This document shows positions 58,328-64,000 of a stretch of DNA of 64,000 nt, in pieces (position 1 is the stretch's first letter; each line of letters begins with the position of its first letter). The notes under the pieces are model-generated. The model ran no database searches, was not told the DNA's origin, and saw only the letters and a list, made by a program, of their open reading frames with translations. The translations under genes and the position numbers were made by a program. Source of the stretch: a virus; IMG/VR virus record IMGVR_UViG_3300005096_000137, positions 1 to 64,000 of that record, one strand, 5' to 3'.

Positions 58328-58678
58328 ATGGCGAAGTCAAAGTCAAAGTCAAAGTCAGAGTCAGAGTCGAAGTCGAAGTCGAAGTCGAAGTCGAAGTCAG
58401 CGGACGAGGCAAAGTCGAAGTTTCAAGTCATAGTGCAGCAGCGTGGTGTTCGCGTCCAAGTCTCAGAAGTTGAGGCGACCACTGAAGAGGAAGCTCTGGA
58501 GCTGGTATTGGCCCGCAACGTTGCAGTCCAACTGGTCTCAGATGTATTCGAGCCAACGGATGGGCATGAGACGGAGGTTGAAGAATGCCAAGATTCAGAC
58601 TCGAACGAGCCGAAACCGGAATCCGACACACCACCCACGAAGTCACCGCGCAAACCAAAGAAGAAGCCGAAGACCTAA
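58328..58678 (+). CDS. V.A..EEA family protein with (KS)n N-terminus
   Basis: GGAG RBS; AAGTC(A/G) hexamer repeats 58334-58399. Confidence 0.65.
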   Translation: MAKSKSKSKSESESKSKSKSKSKSADEAKSKFQVIVQQRGVRVQVSEVEATTEEEALELVLARNVAVQLVSDVFEPTDGHETEVEECQDSDSNEPKPESDTPPTKSPRKPKKKPKT

Positions 58679-58776
58679 TCTCCGATGATTTCGATGGCAC
58701 CATGGTGTCCGAGTACTTCAAGCAGTATGACTGTGAGAATGGGGACATCGAAGAAATCCCAATGGAGACAGACTGA
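58585..58776 (+). CDS. V.A..EEA family protein
   Basis: GGAGG RBS; ends ETD like next gene. Confidence 0.6.
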   Translation: MPRFRLERAETGIRHTTHEVTAQTKEEAEDLISDDFDGTMVSEYFKQYDCENGDIEEIPMETD

Positions 58777-58964
58777 TGCCTGAGTACACCATCTATAAGG
58801 GGAAAGTGGGCGTTTACAAGCAAGTATTCCGTGTCCATGCTAAGAACTCTGAGGAAGCAGACGCCTTGGTGGGCGCTGGTAATGCAGGTCCACCTGTGTC
58901 AGAGTACTTTGTCTGTGATGGCGGGCAAGTATTTACTTTCAACGAACCACCGGAGACAGACTGA
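58776..58964 (+). CDS. V.A..EEA family protein
   Basis: GGAGACAGACTGATGCCTG junction repeated. Confidence 0.65.
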   Translation: MPEYTIYKGKVGVYKQVFRVHAKNSEEADALVGAGNAGPPVSEYFVCDGGQVFTFNEPPETD

Positions 58965-59161
58965 TGCCTGCCTGTGATTCTAAAGACCGTCAACCAGTGC
59001 CCTTAAAAGAGGAACCACCACTGTCTGTTTTGGTGGTGTTGGGACTCAGCGTGGTGGGGCTTGGAGTCATCTTCCTACCAATAGTGATATTTGCTGTCCG
59101 GACCATGTTTAGATTGACTTGCCAAAATTGGTTCGATGTGTGGACATTGTTCTACTATTAA
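58964..59161 (+). CDS. Small membrane protein
   Basis: One hydrophobic helix; TGATG coupling. Confidence 0.55.
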   Translation: MPACDSKDRQPVPLKEEPPLSVLVVLGLSVVGLGVIFLPIVIFAVRTMFRLTCQNWFDVWTLFYY

Positions 59162-59317
59162 CGAAATTCCCTGGATCCGGAGAACGAAGAGTGATTTGGA
59201 AATTGAAACAATTGCTGCCCCTCTCATACTGGACGACGTACAGAACAGGGTCTGGTGAGAAGCGGTTTGCAATTTGGCGAATGTGGTTTGGACGTTGCTT
59301 CGATGTGACGGACGTCC

Positions 59318-59419
59318 GTGTCTAATTCTGCAATAAACAGAAAGGACAAACCAATTCCACCATGGTGGGACGTTGCTGTGGGCAGCGGTACAAGTGTGAC
59401 ATTCACACTCCCCAGACAT
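59318..59419 (+). ncRNA. Four-hairpin multibranch RNA
   Basis: GTGTCT/AGACAT closing stem; TTCTG/CAGAA, TTCCAC/GTGGGA, CGTTGCT/GGCAGCG, AGTGTGA/TCACACT. Confidence 0.4.
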
Positions 59420-59494
59420 CAGGTCGGTAAGCTTAAATTGGATAAAGCACTTGGTAGCTCCAAGGTTACGGAGGTTCGAGTCCTCCCCACCTGA
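59420..59494 (+). tRNA. tRNA-like RNA, 5-nt anticodon loop (TAGCT)
   Basis: Good D and T arms; bulged acceptor. Confidence 0.6.
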
Positions 59495-59499
59495 CTTAT

Positions 59500-59575
59500 T
59501 GTGCAGCAGCTTAAACCTGGTTCAAGCGACCACCTATCTGGTGGCTGAGTGGGGGTTCAAATCCACCCTGCACGT
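59500..59575 (+). tRNA. tRNA-like RNA with ATC anticodon
   Basis: Loop CT-ATC-TG (A34, U37). Confidence 0.6.
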
Positions 59576-59580
59576 CTCAT

Positions 59581-59655
59581 CGGACAGTGGCCAAGCCTGG
59601 TTAAGGCGTCTGCCTGATACGCAGAAGACCGGTGGTTCAAATCCATCCTGTCCGA
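59581..59655 (+). tRNA. tRNA-Ile(GAT)
   Basis: TCTGC-CT-GAT-AC-GCAGA; canonical arms. Confidence 0.9.
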
Positions 59656-59660
59656 CTTAG

Positions 59661-59733
59661 TGTGTAGTCGTTTAGATCTGGGAACAAGACACTCCGCATG
59701 TAGTAGAGAAGGGGTTCAAGCCCTCCCTACACA
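59661..59733 (+). tRNA. Degenerate tRNA-like RNA
   Basis: TGTGTAG/CTACACA acceptor, GGTTCAAGCC; weak anticodon arm. Confidence 0.4.
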
Positions 59734-59758
59734 GCCCTCAACTCTGAAAGGTAATGCA

Positions 59759-60133
59759 ATGCCAAAACTCAAGTTCAAATTCCATCCGCAGATTGTCAAA
59801 GACAAGAACGAGAAGAAAGACTTTATTGTCTACTTTGGCTCAAAGTTCTGAGGACCTTGTACTAAGATGGCTCCCCGTGTGGAAGCTATGGCAAAGACAC
59901 ATATTGTCTACAAGTTCTTGATGGAATCCAAGGATGAACCCACAAAGGCATTTATCAAAGCACTCCAGGTCCAGGGCGTACCCGTAATTCGGGTATTCAA
60001 AAACGGAACACCCATCGAGAGACGGTTCCCAGGTATTCAGGAGATAAAGGTGGTGCTGAAAGGTGTGAAAACCCGGAAGTCCCAAGAGAATTCAGACGGC
60101 TGGAATTGGCCGGACTGGTTGAAACTGTGGTAA
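59759..60133 (+). CDS. Thioredoxin with in-frame TGA (U-G-P-C): candidate selenoprotein, 124 aa
   Basis: FIVYFGSKF-TGA(59849-51)-GPC-TKMAP.VE...VQGVP....FKNG....R..G in one frame. Confidence 0.88.
59857..59894 (+). promoter_or_regulatory. Candidate bacterial SECIS hairpin
   Basis: ATGGCT-CC-ccgtgt-GG-a-AGCTAT starting 15 nt after the TGA; lower TTGT/GCAA pairing. Confidence 0.5.
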
Positions 60134-60245
60134 GTAGTTAGGTTTCTAGGGTACCCGCCTCGGCCTTGAAGCCACAGTTCAAATTCATTCCATAACAGAG
60201 GAGACTAGGGTAAATGTTCTGTTTGAGGTTTGTTTACAATTACCA

Positions 60246-60299
60246 ATGAAACGAGGAACACCACAATGCGATTTACGTGAATGTAGAGGTCCCCCTTAG
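60246..60299 (+). CDS. 17-aa leader peptide ending RGPP-stop
   Basis: MKRGTPQCDLRECRGPP*. Confidence 0.5.
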   Translation: MKRGTPQCDLRECRGPP

Positions 60300-60344
60300 G
60301 GTTGTTGTCCATACCCTTCCATTCCTTTTTGAAAGTACTGAACA

Positions 60345-60716
60345 ATGACTAATCAAAGTGAGACCAATTCTATGACCAACGACGACACTCGACGCGACCT
60401 TTTTAGCCCATACCGACGTCAGTTCCTGAAAGTGAAAATCAAGTCACTCTCTGAGGAATCCCGTATCATTAGGGCGGAAGAAAAGAAGGTGGCCAACGTT
60501 TATCTAATGGGTCAATTGCATTGGCATCGTACCAACGATGTCCGTATTGAGTCCCGGGCAGCTCAACTTGCCTATGGCTACCTTCGAGGGAAGACCCTCA
60601 AGCAAGTGGAGAAATCCGCCGATCGACCCGAATGGGTGGATAAGCGGGCTATTTCCATTGTAAAGAAGTTTGGCCGCCTTGAAGCCCGTGAGGGTTTTGT
60701 GGAGTGGCTTAAATAA
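60345..60716 (+). CDS. Conserved phage protein (LKVKIKSL..E.RIIR..HR..LAYG.LRG)
   Basis: Motif-rich basic helical protein. Confidence 0.75.
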   Translation: MTNQSETNSMTNDDTRRDLFSPYRRQFLKVKIKSLSEESRIIRAEEKKVANVYLMGQLHWHRTNDVRIESRAAQLAYGYLRGKTLKQVEKSADRPEWVDKRAISIVKKFGRLEAREGFVEWLK

Positions 60717-60726
60717 CCTGAAGACC

Positions 60727-60798
60727 GCGCGAGAGGCAACATGGTGTTGCGGCGGGCTTTCAATCCCGTTCTGGTGGGTTCGATCCCCATCTCGCGGT
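60727..60798 (+). tRNA. tRNA with 8-nt loop CTTTCAAT (Glu TTC or TCA register)
   Basis: GCGGG/CCCGT stem; 5-6 bp D stem; GTGGG-TTCGATC-CCCAT. Confidence 0.7.
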
Positions 60799-60838
60799 TT
60801 CAATTTCACCACCACCACCAATCTATGGAGAATGGATC

Positions 60839-61018
60839 ATGTTTCTTAGACTACGTATTGGCATTCTTAACCTCCGGGTTAACCGCTTGGCGAGACGAGT
60901 TATGCGTCTTAGCAAACGATTTGACCGTCTTGACATCCGTATGGAACGTTTACAAGATAAGTTGAACGCTAAGCAAGCACGTAAGAAAGCCAAGTGTTGC
61001 GATCACGACTGTAAGTAA
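60839..61018 (+). CDS. Basic coiled-coil mini-protein (59 aa)
   Basis: GGAG RBS; MFLRLRIGILNLRVNRL...CCDHDCK. Confidence 0.55.
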   Translation: MFLRLRIGILNLRVNRLARRVMRLSKRFDRLDIRMERLQDKLNAKQARKKAKCCDHDCK

Positions 61019-61023
61019 TGACT

Positions 61024-61199
61024 AATTGACCGCTGGAGTGGCATGACACATTTCATGCTGACGAGACGTATTCTCGCCTCCGGGAGCCTAAATCACACCG
61101 TGTATACAAGTCACCCCTGTGTCATCTGGGGTGGCAGGGTCGCTTCTCTCAACGACACATTGAGCTGAGGTACGGGGTTAGTGAAGCCAGCGGTCGATT
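61024..61199 (+). ncRNA. About 175-nt structured RNA with loop-loop complementarity
   Basis: 13-bp closing stem AATTGACCGCTGG/CCAGCGGTCGATT; four internal hairpins. Confidence 0.7.
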
Positions 61200-61220
61200 T
61201 TATATACATAGGATGTCTGT

Positions 61221-61454
61221 ATGCGGAAACTTCGCAAACAACCAACTGCTTTCCTCAATCCTTGGAATCAAGGCTTTGAGGTCGGAGACCGGGCATACAC
61301 TTTTGTGGCTGGTGGCTATCACATATACGATTTAGTCGAGAGTCGCGGTCAGAATAAACGGGATGCAGGTGAACTTACTCCAACCTGTGTGAAGAAGAAT
61401 GGGTATCCACGTCGTGCTATCAAGCAAGGTGGTGTGTGGTACTGGGAAGACTAA
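61221..61454 (+). CDS. Hypothetical protein
   Basis: AGGA RBS. Confidence 0.55.
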   Translation: MRKLRKQPTAFLNPWNQGFEVGDRAYTFVAGGYHIYDLVESRGQNKRDAGELTPTCVKKNGYPRRAIKQGGVWYWED

Positions 61455-61527
61455 TCCTAGGTAGCTCAACTGGAAGAGCGGGTGGCTGTTAACCACCAGG
61501 TTGCAAGTTCGATCCTTGCTCTAGGAG
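61455..61527 (+). tRNA. tRNA-Asn(GTT)
   Basis: Canonical cloverleaf. Confidence 0.93.
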
Positions 61528-61529
61528 CT

Positions 61530-61593
61530 TCAAGGTGATTTAATGGTAAAGTGGACCCACAGCAGAGAATTGGGTTCAAATTCTACCCTTGAT
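61530..61593 (+). tRNA. tRNA-like RNA without anticodon stem
   Basis: TCAAGG/CCTTGA stem, AATGGTAAA D loop, GGTTCAAAT T loop. Confidence 0.4.
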
Positions 61594-61596
61594 AAT

Positions 61597-61668
61597 GCCA
61601 CTGTGGCAGAATGGTTATGCACCTGTTTTGTAAACAGGATTATGTGGGTTCGAGTCCCACCGGTGGCC
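61597..61668 (+). tRNA. tRNA-Thr(TGT)
   Basis: Canonical cloverleaf. Confidence 0.93.
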
Positions 61669-61677
61669 CTATGTGCA

Positions 61678-61760
61678 ACCCCAGGGATAGTATCCTTGGG
61701 CCTAATGCCTCCCTTGCGGGAGGTGTTTCTTGAGTCCTTCGTGGCTCATACTGATGGGGT
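61678..61760 (+). ncRNA. Cloverleaf-shaped RNA without tRNA consensus
   Basis: ACCCC/GGGGT closing three hairpins. Confidence 0.4.
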
Positions 61761-61782
61761 CCTCCGTGGCTCTTAATAATTT

Positions 61783-61811
61783 ACCCCTAGTTCTTCGGAA
61801 CTAGGGGTTTT
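61783..61811 (+). terminator. Intrinsic terminator
   Basis: ACCCCTAGTTC-TTCG-GAACTAGGGGT then T run. Confidence 0.9.
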
Positions 61812-61815
61812 CTGC

Positions 61816-61844
61816 TTGCCCTACCTGGCAATTTAGATTAGAAT
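61816..61844 (+). promoter_or_regulatory. sigma70-like promoter, leaderless transcript
   Basis: TTGCCC-17-TAGAAT, ATG 7 nt downstream. Confidence 0.6.
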
Positions 61845-61851
61845 AGAGTTT

Positions 61852-62376
61852 ATGATACCTCGTTCCACATTTGTGTCGCAACCCGCCGTTGCCTTCTCGG
61901 AGTTATTGTCGGCTTGCAACGAGATATTAGATCATTCGGTCACGACTTCCGTGGACAGTACTGTCAAGAAGCTCAGCGATTCCGAGAGATTCCTGTCGAT
62001 ACTGTCTGCGATGCGTGACAAGAATGCCCCCGCCTGTTTACCTCCTCACTTGTTGACGCATATCTCCTTCTCAGTCCTCATACTTTCTAATGAGAATGAT
62101 ATGCTTGACATCTTGGAGGCCTGTGGTGGAATGCCCTTTACCTACGCAGAAACGAAGCGGAGTGGTATCCTGGTAGCTGTAGTGACCGGGAATGTCCAGC
62201 AGTGGCGTGATGCCATTGTGACTGGCACTCAGCACAAACATTCTGAGCTTCGAGAAGGGTTTAATCAGATGCACAATCTCTTTGTAGAGGTTGGTCTGCA
62301 CCAAGTCTGGGAAGACTTTGAACAGAAGCCACAGGATGATGGAACCTACTTACTCGTGGAGTTCAAGCCATCCTAG
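61852..62376 (+). CDS. Degenerate ThyX/Thy1-like protein
   Basis: L.H.SFS and VVTGN..QWR motifs; RHR-x7-S motif absent. Confidence 0.45.
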   Translation: MIPRSTFVSQPAVAFSELLSACNEILDHSVTTSVDSTVKKLSDSERFLSILSAMRDKNAPACLPPHLLTHISFSVLILSNENDMLDILEACGGMPFTYAETKRSGILVAVVTGNVQQWRDAIVTGTQHKHSELREGFNQMHNLFVEVGLHQVWEDFEQKPQDDGTYLLVEFKPS

Positions 62377-62411
62377 GAACAGATCATTACATTAAGCATA
62401 TACTCACCCTG

Positions 62412-62603
62412 GTGCCTCTGGCGGTCAAGGTTTCCTTTCGAGGCTGCATCTCTGAGATGAAATATGCTTGGGAGAACACACCTGGTCAACCCGAATCAGA
62501 AGCTGACCGTGCCCACAGGGTCCAGGCAGCACACGACTCCAAGTTTGCTGACATCATGGCAGCCAAAGCCCGTTCCGAACGTATCAAGAATCAAACTAAC
62601 TGA
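62412..62603 (+). CDS. Hypothetical protein
   Basis: Short ORF; start uncertain. Confidence 0.35.
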   Translation: MPLAVKVSFRGCISEMKYAWENTPGQPESEADRAHRVQAAHDSKFADIMAAKARSERIKNQTN

Positions 62604-62640
62604 GCCCAAACTAACTGAGCCCAAAATAACTGAGAGCCAA
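62592..62640 (+). repeat. 15-bp tandem repeat x3
   Basis: CAAACTAACTGAGCC units. Confidence 0.85.
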
Positions 62641-62643
62641 TCA

Positions 62644-64000
62644 ATGTCCAAGACCGAACGCCGTATCCTTGAAACCCAATTGTATGTTGACCTAAACGGG
62701 GGTCTCCGAGCCAAGTACCCTGTTACGATGGCAGTTAGTCCTACCACAATTGAATTCCAGAGATCACCCTTCCAGCTCAAGGATGAGATTAAAGCGCTCA
62801 AGGGCGCTAAGTGGATGGGCTTCCACCCCACAGAGCCTAAGAAGGTTTGGACAGCGGATAACTGTGCGAGGAACTGGTTCCAGCTCAAGTACCTAATGGG
62901 GCAGAATCCCTATGAGTGGTTCGACCGCGAGTTGATCAAGCACGAGTTTCGAGACTTTCCCTCTGTTTTGGATAAGAAAGGGAAGCCCTGTAAGCTGATG
63001 AGCCATCAAGCTCACATGGTAAACGTTGGGTTGACCTACCATTACCAGATTTGGGGTGCAGAAATGGGCACGGGCAAAACCTTATCCGCCCAGACCCTCA
63101 TGGAGATGTCTGGTCAGGAAACTTGGTTCTGGGTTGGTCCCCTCAAATCTCTGGAAAACATTGAGCGCGAGTTCGAGAAGTGGGATTGCCCGTTATCCTT
63201 GTGCATTCCAAAGGATGGGGCGAGTCTGTTGTCAGCAGTCCGCGCAAATGAACACAACATCTACATGACCACTTACGAGCGACTTCTCCGGTACATGGCT
63301 ATCAAAGAACCAGATGAGCGTGTTCCCGGTGGTGTTATCTTCGATGAGTCTTCACGTCTGAAGACCCCAACCGCTCAGCGGACGAAGGCTGCCATGCAGC
63401 TCGCCGATGACATTCGCACAGAGTACAAGGAAGACGGTTTTGTCATCCTGATGTCTGGCACCCCCTCGCCGAAGTCCCCCCTAGATTGGTGGAGCCAATG
63501 CGAAATAGCCTGGCCTGGCTACCTGCGGGAGGGTTCCAAAGGTCAGCTCCAAAAGACATTGGCATTCATGGTGTTGCATGAACTCCCGGACAACATCGTC
63601 AATGTTCAGATAGGTTGGAAAGACAACGATAAGAAGTGCGCCAAGTGTGCTGACATGAAGGGTGAGGGTGCCCACGTTTATGATCCAGATAACCCAGATC
63701 AAGACAGGCACGTCTTCGTGAAATCCAAGAACGAAGTCGCATACATGTACGACCGGTTGGCAGGGTTAGCAACCATCATCCACAAGAAGGATGTGCTGGA
63801 CCTTCCGCCAAAGGTCTACGAGATTGACATCTGCGAGCCATCTGCATCAACAATGCGGGTCGCCAAACATCTGGCGGCTTCTGCACCCAATGTGATGACT
63901 GGTATCACCTGGCTACGTGAACTCAGTGATGGCTTTATGTACAAGGAGATTGCTGATGGTGTTCGCCAGTGTCCCACTTGTGCTGGCTCACCTGAGGACG
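62644..64000 (+). CDS. SNF2-like SF2 helicase, 3'-truncated by window (absent from ORF track)
   Basis: HQ, EMGTGKT, TTYE, IFDES, MSGTP motifs read in frame from ATG 62644. Confidence 0.9.
   Translation, partial: MSKTERRILETQLYVDLNGGLRAKYPVTMAVSPTTIEFQRSPFQLKDEIKALKGAKWMGFHPTEPKKVWTADNCARNWFQLKYLMGQNPYEWFDRELIKHEFRDFPSVLDKKGKPCKLMSHQAHMVNVGLTYHYQIWGAEMGTGKTLSAQTLMEMSGQETWFWVGPLKSLENIEREFEKWDCPLSLCIPKDGASLLSAVRANEHNIYMTTYERLLRYMAIKEPDERVPGGVIFDESSRLKTPTAQRTKAAMQLADDIRTEYKEDGFVILMSGTPSPKSPLDWWSQCEIAWPGYLREGSKGQLQKTLAFMVLHELPDNIVNVQIGWKDNDKKCAKCADMKGEGAHVYDPDNPDQDRHVFVKSKNEVAYMYDRLAGLATIIHKKDVLDLPPKVYEIDICEPSASTMRVAKHLAASAPNVMTGITWLRELSDGFMYKEIADGVRQCPTCAGSPED

Noticed and set aside
61058-61080. 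Hammerhead ribozyme (CTGACGA)
   Set aside because: No GAAA after the following stem
62592-62640. CRISPR array
   Set aside because: Short tandem units without spacers; the same holds for the repeats at 20295, 43159 and 58334

Overview
A 64-kb segment of a large tailed dsDNA phage (siphovirus-like), about 50% GC. (1) 1-30.8 kb, + strand: virion module. It contains decoration/fibre genes, head-tail joining proteins, major tail protein, a frameshifted tail chaperone, tape measure, three tandem paralog arrays (4 + 5 + 3 genes, the last two lectin-like), Dit/hub proteins, ClpP and a Cys-rich coiled-coil protein. (2) 30.8-36.5 kb, - strand: P-loop kinase, DEDDh exonuclease, DUF5664 dNTP diphosphohydrolase and a primase-SF3 helicase, followed by an AT-rich divergent intergenic region. 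(3) 37-64 kb, + strand: ParB-like and SSB-like genes, many small paralogous ORFs, HNH endonuclease, a GGQ release-factor fragment, about 11 canonical tRNAs, about 18 structurally aberrant tRNA-like RNAs, several other structured ncRNAs, and a truncated SNF2-type helicase. Top finding: two ORFs split by the ORF caller join in frame across a TGA to give one thioredoxin with a U-G-P-C active site, followed by a SECIS-like hairpin, i.e. a candidate phage-encoded selenoprotein. It lies in a translation-oriented island with tRNA mimics (D-loop insertions, a D-armless pseudoknotted Tyr, a Ser body with Asn anticodon, 8-nt loops) and an RGPP-ending leader peptide. All calls are by-eye motif recognition and hand folding; no searches were run.
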